In this document: positions 9,706 to 18,405 of the stretch, piece by piece
Layout of the letters: the number at the start of each line of letters is the position of its first letter
Position numbering within the stretch: the first letter of the stretch is position 1
Assembly (NCBI GenBank): GCA_038106445.1
Contig: JAYODU010000003.1
Location: 120,929 to 184,928 of the forward strand
Origin: Kordiimonadaceae bacterium
GTDB taxonomy: Bacteria; Pseudomonadota; Alphaproteobacteria; Sphingomonadales; Emcibacteraceae
Reading direction: 5' to 3'
Length of the DNA stretch: 64,000 bases
Notes under the pieces: generated by a model
What the model was told of the DNA's origin: nothing
What the model saw: the letters and a program-made list of their open reading frames with translations, nothing else
Databases searched by the model: none
Program-made: the position numbers and the translations under genes

Positions 9706-10827
9706 TTATGCGAATAATTCCTCATAAACTTTAGCGAAATATTCCATATCTTCCGGCTTACCCATGCTTACACGGCACCATGTCAAGAATGGGGGGAAGG
9801 TACGAGCGACAATTATGCCTTTATCCCTGAATATTTGCCGTACTTCATTGGCATCAATACCGGTTTCAAAGAAGACAAAATTGGAATTGGATTTGACATA
9901 ATTTACATTGTGCTTGTCAAAAAGCGCGTAGGTAATGGCAAGTGCTTCCTGATTTTTACGGCGGCAGAAATCCTGTGTTTCTGTATCTTTATAGCTCGCC
10001 GCTGCACCTGCAATCGCAAGCTGGTTTGTTGAGCCGGTCATGTAATCGCGTAATTTTCTGATCAAGGTTTCCGATGCATATGCAATACCAAGCCGCACAC
10101 CGGCAAAACCGTGGATTTTTGAAGCAGTACGAGCGACCATGATATTTTCGTTACTTGCGGCCAGTGGCACCATCGTTTCATAGTCAGGATTTTGCACATA
10201 CTCATGGTAGGCTTCATCAATAAATACCATGCATTTTTGTGACATTTCGAGACAGAATTCACGAAGCTTGTCTTTATGCATGATTGTGGGAAGCGGATTA
10301 TTCGGGTTAACCAGATATATAATACTTACATCATCCGTATAGGCTGCCTTTAATGCATCTAGGTCAATTGTCATTGTTTCATCAACAGGAACTCGGGTGA
10401 CAGGTACACCAAACCGTTCAGCAGAACGCGTCAGGTCATGATAGGTCGGATCAGCGGTAAGAACACGCCCGCCTTCAAAGGCGGTCATTAATCCCAATGT
10501 TTTAAGAATTTCGCCTGAGCCTGCGGAAAAGGTTATATTCTCCGGCGATACACCCTCCATATCAGCCAGAACTTGTGTCAGTTCCATACGGCGGCCCGCA
10601 CCATAATGATGCGCTGTATCAAACATATCAATAATGGCGTTTCGTGCCGCCCTTGAAACGCCGTAAGGGTTTTCGTTAGTGCCTAGCCTTAGTGGGTTTT
10701 CAGGTGTTGGTACAAAACCGGGCACGGCCATGTTTTGTGCATTTGCACGACTGTTGCCAAGAAGTGCAGCAAGTGCGAGAGTTGAGCCACCCTTAAGCCA
10801 ATCCCGCCTGGAAAGTTCGTTTGTCAT
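9706..10827 (-). CDS. Tat-signal HisC-like PLP aminotransferase, array copy AT2
   Basis: MTNELSRRDWLKGGSTLALAALLGNSRANAQ signal. Landmarks GTNENPYG, NPNNPLPT, DEAYHEYV, RTASKIHGFAGVRLG. Confidence 0.85.
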   Translation of the reverse strand: MTNELSRRDWLKGGSTLALAALLGNSRANAQNMAVPGFVPTPENPLRLGTNENPYGVSRAARNAIIDMFDTAHHYGAGRRMELTQVLADMEGVSPENITFSAGSGEILKTLGLMTAFEGGRVLTADPTYHDLTRSAERFGVPVTRVPVDETMTIDLDALKAAYTDDVSIIYLVNPNNPLPTIMHKDKLREFCLEMSQKCMVFIDEAYHEYVQNPDYETMVPLAASNENIMVARTASKIHGFAGVRLGIAYASETLIRKLRDYMTGSTNQLAIAGAAASYKDTETQDFCRRKNQEALAITYALFDKHNVNYVKSNSNFVFFETGIDANEVRQIFRDKGIIVARTFPPFLTWCRVSMGKPEDMEYFAKVYEELFA

Positions 10828-10918
10828 TTCAGTGATCCCTCATATTATGTGCAATGTTATGAAATAATGTAACTTAGGATATCAGTTTTTTATTAATTGT
10901 CACGCACAAGATTAGGGT

Positions 10919-10956
10919 AACAAAAAGAGCAATTCCCGATACGAAAATTGCTCTTT
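10919..10956 (-). terminator. rho-independent terminator after AT3
   Basis: AAAGAGCAATT / AATTGCTCTTT 11-bp stem with an 11-nt loop. The minus-strand read runs into TTTTTG. Confidence 0.6.
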
Positions 10957-10979
10957 AAAATTCAATATGTTACTTACGT

Positions 10980-12107
10980 TCAGCTTACAAATTCTTTTTC
11001 ATAAACTTCAGCAAAATACACCATATCTTCAGGTTTTCCCATGCTTACACGGCACCATGTGGTATAAGGCTGGAATTCACGTCCGACTAAAATACCGTGG
11101 TTTCTAAAACGTTCTCTGACCTCATTTACGTCAATGCCGGTTTCAAAGAATATGAAATTGGTGTTGGATTTTATGTATCTTACATTGTGTTTATCAAAAA
11201 GATTATAAACGATTTCCTTTGATTCACGATTTTTACGACGGACAAAATTCTGCGTTTCAGCATCAAGATAACTTGCCATTGCCGCCCTTAATGCAAGGCT
11301 GTTGCTTGAGCCGGTGATATATTCATTTATTTTATCAATCCACATCTCGGACCCGTATCCAATACCCAAACGCAGTCCTGCAAAACCATGGATTTTTGAA
11401 GCTGTTCTGGCGACAACGATATTTTCATAACTGGCGGTTAAAGGAACCATTGTTGCATAATCCGGGTTTTCAACAAATTCATGGTAAGCTTCATCAATAA
11501 ACACCAAACATTTCTGAGACATCTCAATACAAAATTCCCGCAGTTTGTTTTTTTCCATGATGGTCGGCAGCGGGTTGTTGGGATTTACAAGATAGATAAT
11601 GCTTACATCATCTGTATAGGCTTCTCTCATTGCATCAAGGTCTATTGTCATGCTGTTATCAACGGGTATATGTTTTATCGGCACATTACGGTTGATAGCG
11701 TACCGTGTAAGACCATGATAGGTCGGATCAGCTGTCAAAACTGAACCACCTTCTACCGCAGTTATCAGCCCTAATGTTTTTAAAATTTCGCCTGATCCTC
11801 CGGAGAAAGTGATATTTTTAGGATCAACCCCTTCAATTTCCGCAAGGATTTTGGCCAGCCCTGCTTCGCCTTCTCCTCTGCTGCTATAAAGATGGCTTTT
11901 ATCAAGCGTTTCCATGACGGCATTTTTTGCCAATAGTGATATCCCGTAAGGGTTTTCATTGGAACTAAGTCTTAGTGGATTTTCCGGGGTCGGCACAAAG
12001 CCAGGCACCGCCATATCCTGCGCATTGGCGCGACTGCCCATTAACATGGCAACTGCCAAAGCGGTGCCACCTTTCATCCAGTCGCGTCTGGTAATATCAG
12101 ATTTCAT
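10980..12107 (-). CDS. Tat-signal HisC-like PLP aminotransferase, array copy AT3
   Basis: MKSDITRRDWMKGGTALAVAMLMGSRANAQ signal. Landmarks SSNENPYG, NPNNPLPT, DEAYHEFV, RTASKIHGFAGLRLG. Closest paralog of AT2 (by eye about two thirds identical). Confidence 0.85.
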   Translation of the reverse strand: MKSDITRRDWMKGGTALAVAMLMGSRANAQDMAVPGFVPTPENPLRLSSNENPYGISLLAKNAVMETLDKSHLYSSRGEGEAGLAKILAEIEGVDPKNITFSGGSGEILKTLGLITAVEGGSVLTADPTYHGLTRYAINRNVPIKHIPVDNSMTIDLDAMREAYTDDVSIIYLVNPNNPLPTIMEKNKLREFCIEMSQKCLVFIDEAYHEFVENPDYATMVPLTASYENIVVARTASKIHGFAGLRLGIGYGSEMWIDKINEYITGSSNSLALRAAMASYLDAETQNFVRRKNRESKEIVYNLFDKHNVRYIKSNTNFIFFETGIDVNEVRERFRNHGILVGREFQPYTTWCRVSMGKPEDMVYFAEVYEKEFVS

Positions 12108-12190
12108 TTTTTGTCCCCTAATTTTTTATGACAATGTTTTGGAAGGTTATAGTGAACGGATTATAGCTGATTTGGCAGATATAAGCAAAT

Positions 12191-12219
12191 ATGACGCTTC
12201 AAAATTATAGAAGCGTCAT
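12191..12219 (-). terminator. hairpin after AT4 (possible terminator)
   Basis: ATGACGCTTC / GAAGCGTCAT 10-bp perfect stem with a 9-nt loop. The downstream U-tract on the minus strand is weak (ATTTGCTT). Confidence 0.4.
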
Positions 12220-12239
12220 TTAAATTGAATATTAGTTTT

Positions 12240-13364
12240 TTAACTTACAAATTCTTTTTCGTAAACTTCGGCGAAATAAGCCATATCTTCTGGCTTTGCC
12301 ATACTTACACGTGCCCAGTCAAGATAGGGCGGGAACGGGCGTCCGACATCAATCCCGTGTTTTAGAAAACGTTCCTTTACGTCGGCAAAATCAATTCCCG
12401 TATGGAAAAAAGTGAAGTTGGAATTTGATTTAAAGTGTCTGACATTATGTTTTTCAAACACTTCATAAGTAACAGCCAATGCTTCCTGATTTTTACGCTT
12501 TATAAAATCCATGAATTCATTGTCCTGGTATGCGGCTACCGCGCCGTATATGGCGGGTGTAGCTACCGTCCCGGTAATACGCCGGTTCATTTTTGCCAGT
12601 GTTGCCGGTGTGGAAAAAGCAAACCCGACACGAACACCGGCAAAGCCATGAATTTTTGATGCGGTGCGTGAAACAATAATATTATCATTTGTTGCAGCAA
12701 GTGAGACCATGGATTGGTAATTGGGATCTGTGACAAACTCGTGATAGGCTTCATCAACAAAAACAATGCATTTTTGTGACATTTCAAGGCAGAATTCCCG
12801 CAGTTTGTTTTTTTCAAGTATCGTCGGGATCGGGTTGTTTGGATTACAAAGATATATGAGTTTCACATCATCCGTATAAGCGGCACTTATGGCATCCAGA
12901 TTGGTTGTCATACTTTCCTGATCCACGTCAACCCATTTCAGTTCCGTGCCCACCCATTCACAATAACGCACAAGGTCATGATAGGTCGGGTTCGCAGCCA
13001 TAACCGTTCCTCCCTCAAGTGCAACGATAAGGGCAGCAACTTTTAAAACCTCTTTTGATCCGCCGGCGATAAAAATATTTTCCGGTGCAACACCATTCTG
13101 ATCCGCCATAATTTGCATAAGTTCGCGCCTTCCACCCCCACTATAAAGGTGCGATGTTTTAAAACCTTCAATCATCGCATTCTGCGCTGACCTTGGGACA
13201 CCGTATGGGTTTTCATTTGAACTCATACGGATCGGGTTTTCTCTTGTTGGTGTATAACCGTTTACAGTTACGCTTTGTGCATGTGCGGTCGTTGCGTATG
13301 CCAGTCCGGCCGCAGCAAGCGATGATGTCCCCTTAAGCCAGTCTCTTCTTGTTAATTCTCTCAT
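12240..13364 (-). CDS. Tat-signal HisC-like PLP aminotransferase, array copy AT4
   Basis: MRELTRRDWLKGTSSLAAAGLAYATTAHAQ signal. Landmarks SSNENPYG, NPNNPIPT, DEAYHEFV, RTASKIHGFAGVRVG. Confidence 0.85.
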   Translation of the reverse strand: MRELTRRDWLKGTSSLAAAGLAYATTAHAQSVTVNGYTPTRENPIRMSSNENPYGVPRSAQNAMIEGFKTSHLYSGGGRRELMQIMADQNGVAPENIFIAGGSKEVLKVAALIVALEGGTVMAANPTYHDLVRYCEWVGTELKWVDVDQESMTTNLDAISAAYTDDVKLIYLCNPNNPIPTILEKNKLREFCLEMSQKCIVFVDEAYHEFVTDPNYQSMVSLAATNDNIIVSRTASKIHGFAGVRVGFAFSTPATLAKMNRRITGTVATPAIYGAVAAYQDNEFMDFIKRKNQEALAVTYEVFEKHNVRHFKSNSNFTFFHTGIDFADVKERFLKHGIDVGRPFPPYLDWARVSMAKPEDMAYFAEVYEKEFVS

Positions 13365-13392
13365 TTATTGTCCCTTTTTATTTTTTCTTAAA

Positions 13393-14520
13393 TTATCCAA
13401 AATTTCGTTTATAAACTTTTACCATATATTCTGTTTCTTCCGGTTTGGCTGTGCTGATCCTTATCCAGTTGGGGAATGGATCATATTGCCGCCCGATCAG
13501 CACACCACTTTCAAGTAATTTGTCCCTGACTTCGTTGGCGTCTTTTCCGGCATCCGCATATACAAAGTTTGCATGGGCATTTACATAACGCATACCAAGC
13601 TCATCGAACATTTTATAAAGGATGGCGAGCGATTCATAATTTTTATCGACGACAAATTTCTGATATTCAGCATCCTGATAGCTGGTGATTGCGCCCATCA
13701 ATGATGGATATGTAGCGGTTCCTGATCTGAACATCATGAGCTTTGCCATTGTATCCGGGTGCGCAAAGGCAAAGCCGATACGAACATTGGCAAATGCATG
13801 TATTTTTGATGCTGTCCTCAGGATCACAATATTCGGATTATCTTTTACAAGATGAGCCATTGTTGAGAAACTGTCATCACGCACATATTCATAATATGCT
13901 TCATCAATCACAATCATCGCTTTTTTTGAAAATTCAAGACAAAATTGTTCCAGGGCATTTTTTTCAATAATACTTGGAATTGGATTGTTCGGGTTACAGA
14001 AATAAATGCATGTGGTCTTGTCAGTAACTGCTTTTCTCATAGCTTCAATATCAATCGACATATCATCCGCAACGGGAACTTCAATAACATTGCCGCCGAA
14101 GTTTTGTGCTGCACGCATAATACCGCCAAATGTAGGGTAAGGGGCGATCATATCACCACCCGTGATGCCGCATAAAGCACCGGTTGCAACAAGATATTCA
14201 CCGGATCCAGCACCGACAGCAATACATTCTTCCGGCAGATTTTCCATTTTCGCAATGACGCGGATGAGTTGCCGGCCCGTCGTGAAGTTATAAGTGTGGG
14301 CACGCTTGTATGCTTCGGTGATTACCCTCATTGCTTTGGGGTTAATACCGTAAGGATTTTCATTATTGGTCATCCGAATTGGATTTTCAGGTGTTACCGG
14401 ATCACCGAAAGCTGTGAAATCCGACATTTCCTGTGCTTTTGCCCTAGCTGATAACATCAGTCCCCCGGCAACAGCCCCAGTTCCGATTAGCCAGTCACGT
14501 CTTGTAAGTTCATTTTTCAT
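13393..14520 (-). CDS. Tat-signal HisC-like PLP aminotransferase, array copy AT5
   Basis: MKNELTRRDWLIGTGAVAGGLMLSARAKAQ signal. Landmarks NNENPYG, NPNNPIPS, DEAYYEYV, RTASKIHAFANVRIG. Only 28 bp separate it from AT4. Confidence 0.85.
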   Translation of the reverse strand: MKNELTRRDWLIGTGAVAGGLMLSARAKAQEMSDFTAFGDPVTPENPIRMTNNENPYGINPKAMRVITEAYKRAHTYNFTTGRQLIRVIAKMENLPEECIAVGAGSGEYLVATGALCGITGGDMIAPYPTFGGIMRAAQNFGGNVIEVPVADDMSIDIEAMRKAVTDKTTCIYFCNPNNPIPSIIEKNALEQFCLEFSKKAMIVIDEAYYEYVRDDSFSTMAHLVKDNPNIVILRTASKIHAFANVRIGFAFAHPDTMAKLMMFRSGTATYPSLMGAITSYQDAEYQKFVVDKNYESLAILYKMFDELGMRYVNAHANFVYADAGKDANEVRDKLLESGVLIGRQYDPFPNWIRISTAKPEETEYMVKVYKRNFG

Positions 14521-14537
14521 TTTAATCTTCCCTTTGT

Positions 14538-15677
14538 TCAGGCGAATTTTTCCCTGTATTTTTCGGCAAAATATGCCATTTCTTCCGGTTTCGTCAGGCT
14601 TAGTCGCACCCAGTTTGCATAAGGTTTAAACGGACGGCCGGTTAAAATATGATGTTTTTTCATAATTTCCTCAACTTCGGTTGATGGTCGGCCTGCGTTA
14701 AAAAATATGAAGTTTGCATTACTTTTTACATATTCAAGTTCCAAATCATCCAGCATTGCGGAAATAATTTGCTGGCATTCCTTGTTTTTTTGTCTCAGGA
14801 ATGTCTGATATTCAAGATCCTGATAGCTTTCAATGGCGCCGCGCACTGCGGGCAGGTTAAGCGTATTCGTAAACAATCCGAAACTTTTTTGTATAAAGTC
14901 AGGATGTGCGTAACACACGCCAATTCTCATCCCTGCAAATGCATGAATTTTTGAAGCTGTGCGTGTAACAACAATGTTCTTGTTTTCTTTTACAAGGCTG
15001 ATCATGCTTTCGTAATCAGGATTATCAACATATTCATAGTAAGCTTCATCAATTAATATTGTTGCTTTTTCAGACATTTCATTACAGAAGTCTTTAAGTG
15101 CGTTTTTCTCAATGATGCTTGGGATTGGGTTATTGGGATTGCAAAGATAAATAAGCTTTGTGTTATCGGTCATGGCTGCTCGCATCGCATCAAGGTTGAT
15201 ATGCATATCGTCGCCAACCGGCACTTCGATAAGCTTGGAACCCAGAGTTCTGCTGAATCTTGCTATGTCACCGTAAGTCGGTATCGGAAGAAGAATGTCG
15301 CCACCCTGAACGGCATTAAACACTGCTGCTTTTTCAAGAAACTCCGTCGATCCTGCACCCATCCCAACATAATCTTCTGAGATGTCTTCTAGCTTTGCCA
15401 TTAATGCCCTGAACTTGAATATATCTTCGAAGGCGTATTTATGCGAGTTGTCAGCTGCGGCCGCGATGGCTTTCCTAGCTTTTAATGACTGTCCATAAAC
15501 ATTTTCATTTAGGTGTGCGCGGATGGGATTTTCTGCCGTTGGGTTTATATTCGGTTCCATAAAGCTTTGCGCCGAAGCCTTTACTCCAGAAAGAAGTAAT
15601 CCTGTGGCTGCCGCTGTTGTTGTACCGGCAAGCCATTCACGACGAGTCATTTTTTGTGTCATTTTATTCACTTTCAT
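14538..15677 (-). CDS. Tat-signal HisC-like PLP aminotransferase, array copy AT6
   Basis: MKVNKMTQKMTRREWLAGTTTAAATGLLLSGVKASAQ signal; an alternative start is the ATG at 15662 (MTQKMTRREWL). Landmarks LNENVYG, NPNNPIPS, DEAYYEYV, RTASKIHAFAGMRIG. Only 17 bp separate it from AT5. Confidence 0.85.
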   Translation of the reverse strand: MKVNKMTQKMTRREWLAGTTTAAATGLLLSGVKASAQSFMEPNINPTAENPIRAHLNENVYGQSLKARKAIAAAADNSHKYAFEDIFKFRALMAKLEDISEDYVGMGAGSTEFLEKAAVFNAVQGGDILLPIPTYGDIARFSRTLGSKLIEVPVGDDMHINLDAMRAAMTDNTKLIYLCNPNNPIPSIIEKNALKDFCNEMSEKATILIDEAYYEYVDNPDYESMISLVKENKNIVVTRTASKIHAFAGMRIGVCYAHPDFIQKSFGLFTNTLNLPAVRGAIESYQDLEYQTFLRQKNKECQQIISAMLDDLELEYVKSNANFIFFNAGRPSTEVEEIMKKHHILTGRPFKPYANWVRLSLTKPEEMAYFAEKYREKFA

Positions 15678-15765
15678 ACGAAAAATATTTTGCGATAAAA
15701 TTATAATTGAAATATTGTAACATATATAATCACAATATAATCATGAAGTCCAATCAACAATGCAT

Positions 15766-15798
15766 AGAAAAAGGGCGCCAATCAACAGATTGACACCC
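15766..15798 (-). terminator. strand-specific rho-independent terminator after AT7
   Basis: On the minus-strand RNA, GGGUGUCAAUC pairs with GAUUGGCGCCC (two G-U wobbles) and is followed by UUUUUC. On the plus strand the same positions are C-A mismatches, so the hairpin is only good in the gene's own orientation. Confidence 0.6.
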
Positions 15799-15820
15799 TC
15801 AAAAGTAACTTTGGGGAAGC

Positions 15821-16939
15821 TTATCCAAAAACTTCGCGATATTTGTCGGCTACATATTGCATTTCTTCCGGTTTTACCGTGCTCATTCTGACCCAGTCCG
15901 TATATGGCTGAAATGTGCGTCCGCTCATGATTCCATGTTTTCTAAGTTCTTCTGCTACTTCACGCGCAGGTCGCCCTGCATGGAAAAAGGCAAAATTGCT
16001 GTTTGATTTTACATATCGCAAATTAAGGTCAGAAAACATTTTCTCTAATATATCCATGCTTTCACGGTTTTTTTGTTTCACGAAATTCATGAACTCAGTG
16101 TCCTGATAACTTTCCACTGCACCGGCAACCGCAACATTGCTAAGTGAAAGGCTGAACGGACTAGTTATTTTTTTCATTGTATCCGGATGGGCAAATGCAA
16201 AACCAATCCGTACACCTGCAAAACCGTGAATTTTTGATGCGGTACGGCAAATGATAATATTCTGGTGTTCGGTGACAAGATCCTTCATCGAGGCATAGTC
16301 AGGATTATCAACATATTCATAATATGCTTCATCGATTAATATGAGTGCCTTTTTGGACATTTCAATACAAAAGTCACGAAGTGCATTTTTTTCGATGATT
16401 GATGGGATAGGGTTGTTGGGGTTGCAAAGATATATCAGTTTGAAATCATCTGTCATGGCGGTGCGCATGGCTTCAAGATTAATATGCAAATCTTCGCCGA
16501 CAGGAACTGATACAATTTCCACGCCCAACATTTGTGCCGTGCCGATAACGCTATTATATGTAGGGGATGGTGCGAGTAACGAGCCCTGTGCTATGGCGCA
16601 TGCAAAGGCTGCGCGTTCAAGAAAAGGGGTAGACCCGGTGCCAACAGCAATATGATCGGCGGGTAGATTTTCCATTTTTGAAATCACATTTTTCAGTGCC
16701 ATTTGAGTGCCGAATTCATAAAGGTGTGCTGTTTCAGCAGCTTCAAGCATAACTTTTTTTGCTTTCAGGGAGTGCCCATAAACATTTTCATTAAACCCTG
16801 CGCGGATCGGATTATCTATTGTCGGGTTCAGATTAGGTTGTGGCACTGTCTGTGCATTAGCCATGCTTTGTGCAATCATCGTGCCGGCAACTGCAGCGCC
16901 GCCAACGAGCCATTCACGACGTGTTATTTCAGTAGACAT
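15821..16939 (-). CDS. Tat-signal HisC-like PLP aminotransferase, array copy AT7
   Basis: MSTEITRREWLVGGAAVAGTMIAQSMANAQ signal. Landmarks FNENVYG, NPNNPIPS, DEAYYEYV, RTASKIHGFAGVRIG. GGAGG Shine-Dalgarno upstream. Confidence 0.85.
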   Translation of the reverse strand: MSTEITRREWLVGGAAVAGTMIAQSMANAQTVPQPNLNPTIDNPIRAGFNENVYGHSLKAKKVMLEAAETAHLYEFGTQMALKNVISKMENLPADHIAVGTGSTPFLERAAFACAIAQGSLLAPSPTYNSVIGTAQMLGVEIVSVPVGEDLHINLEAMRTAMTDDFKLIYLCNPNNPIPSIIEKNALRDFCIEMSKKALILIDEAYYEYVDNPDYASMKDLVTEHQNIIICRTASKIHGFAGVRIGFAFAHPDTMKKITSPFSLSLSNVAVAGAVESYQDTEFMNFVKQKNRESMDILEKMFSDLNLRYVKSNSNFAFFHAGRPAREVAEELRKHGIMSGRTFQPYTDWVRMSTVKPEEMQYVADKYREVFG

Positions 16940-17097
16940 TTTTCCTCCTTACAGGGTTTAATCTTGGGTCATTTGTGTGTTACGTTACGGAGTTTAAAAC
17001 ATGCAAGGAAAAATACAAATTAATTATATTTTTTACTTTATAATAATTCTAAAATGTATTATAAGTAATTAAATTAAATTATTAAAGGATGTAAATT

Positions 17098-17616
17098 ATG
17101 ACAAAAGTTCCAAATGTTATTTTCAAAACCCGTGTGCGTAATGATGCACTTGGCGGGCCAAACCCTTTTGAATGGAAGGATTTGAGCACGGATGAAATTT
17201 TTAAAGGCAAAAAAGTAGTTGTGTTTTCGCTTCCGGGTGCTTTTACACCAACCTGTTCAACAAGCCACCTGCCACGGTATGAGGAACTTTATGAAGAATT
17301 TAAAGCACAAGGTGTTGATAGCATCGTATGTGTTTCCGTAAATGATGCATTTGTGATGTATCAATGGGGCTTAAGCCAGAAAGCCAAGAATGTATTTCTG
17401 CTTCCTGATGGAAATGGTCAATTCAGTCGCAAGATGGGAATGCTTGTTGATAAATCAAATCTTGGTTTCGGGATGCGTAGCTGGCGTTATTCGATGTTGG
17501 TGGATGACGGTGAGATCGTAAAGCTGTTTTCAGAGCCAGGATATGAGGACAATTGTCCGACCGACCCGTTTGAGGTTTCAGACGCAGATACTATGCTAAA
17601 TTACCTCAAGTCATAA
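17098..17616 (+). CDS. peroxiredoxin, Prx5-like (AhpC/TSA family)
   Basis: 172 aa with [10 protein letters not shown], the peroxidatic-Cys motif typical of the Prx5/PrxD subfamily. Confidence 0.85.
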   Translation: MTKVPNVIFKTRVRNDALGGPNPFEWKDLSTDEIFKGKKVVVFSLPGAFTPTCSTSHLPRYEELYEEFKAQGVDSIVCVSVNDAFVMYQWGLSQKAKNVFLLPDGNGQFSRKMGMLVDKSNLGFGMRSWRYSMLVDDGEIVKLFSEPGYEDNCPTDPFEVSDADTMLNYLKS

Positions 17617-17637
17617 AACATTGATGAATAAAATTAA

Positions 17638-17664
17638 GGCCGGTTCAAAACCGGCCTTTTTATT
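17638..17664. terminator. bidirectional rho-independent terminator (peroxiredoxin / OMP pseudogene)
   Basis: GGCCGGTT / AACCGGCC stem followed by TTTTTATTTT on the plus strand. The minus-strand read is followed by TTAATTTTA. Confidence 0.8.
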
Positions 17665-18327
17665 TTAGAACCTGGAAATCAGGGATACCTGAAATCTGTC
17701 ACGCCTGAAATTATTTTCAAATATAACTGCTTCGATAGTGTTAGGCACCACAGTCGTATCGACAAATTCCTGCATCATTTCATGACTGAAAGTAGAACGG
17801 TTATATTCACCGCGTAAGGATAGCATATCTGAAATATACGATTATAAACCGCCACCAAAATGAAGACCTGTATCTGAATTACGGTTTAATAGCCCACCCA
17901 ATGTCCGGGTTGTTGTCAATTGCGAAAACCCAAGTCTGGCAAATATAATTATATCTTCGTCCAGCCAAAATCCCGGTAGTACAGATCCACCAAATTCATT
18001 TGTGGTTTTGTAATTTTCAAATGCCGTTAATTGGTTTTCCAGAAAACTATATCCATGGCGCCCTTCAACCCCTACAGTGAAGTTTCCTTGAGAAACCCTA
18101 AAACCAACAAAGATACCGGCACCAGGTCCTTCGTCATTGTAAATAGACTTGTCATCTGTTGGAAGAATGTCGGAACTATTGGTAATTACGTAATTGTCAA
18201 ATCGTGTAATGTCATATGCGCCATCAACGCCGATATAGAAACCGTCATGTTGGCTGTTCTGGGCATATGCAGACTGACCTATAAATGCAACGGATAGTAA
18301 AACTGCTGTAATGAGTATTTTTTTCAT
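17665..18327 (-). pseudogene. small outer-membrane beta-barrel protein (OmpA-like/OmpW-like porin family) interrupted by one in-frame TAA
   Basis: The track ORF 17842-18327 has a Sec signal (MKKILITAVLLSVAFIGQSAYAQ) and alternating beta-strand patterns. The stop is at 17842-17844. The same frame continues for 58 more codons (SYISDMLSLRGEYNRSTF...RFQVSLISRF) and ends in the C-terminal aromatic F typical of OMPs, right at the terminator. Confidence 0.7.
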
Positions 18328-18405
18328 AATGATTCCTCTTTTTGCAGCTATTTTAATTTGATCATATTGACAAATTGTTAAAGCTTCAAAATATGAAGAA
18401 TGCTA

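Noticed and set aside
8457-16939. The ~1.2-kb periodic repetition could suggest a DNA tandem repeat, a CRISPR-like array or an assembly artefact.
   Set aside because: The repeat unit is a complete, diverged protein gene, with similarity mainly at the protein level. Only short identical DNA stretches were seen, such as CCCATGCTTACACGGCACCATGT shared by AT2 and AT3. Spacers differ in length and sequence. It is a paralog array, not a CRISPR or satellite repeat.
9582-17000. A recurring GTTACA hexamer upstream of AT1 (TGTGTTACATAC), AT2 (AAGTTACATTAT) and AT6 (ATGTTACAATAT), and GTAACGTAAC upstream of AT7, as a possible shared operator.
   Set aside because: It is a 6-mer in AT-rich intergenic DNA with inconsistent distance and orientation, and it is absent upstream of AT3. 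It could simply be -35-like promoter elements or chance. This cannot be assessed without a genome-wide background count.
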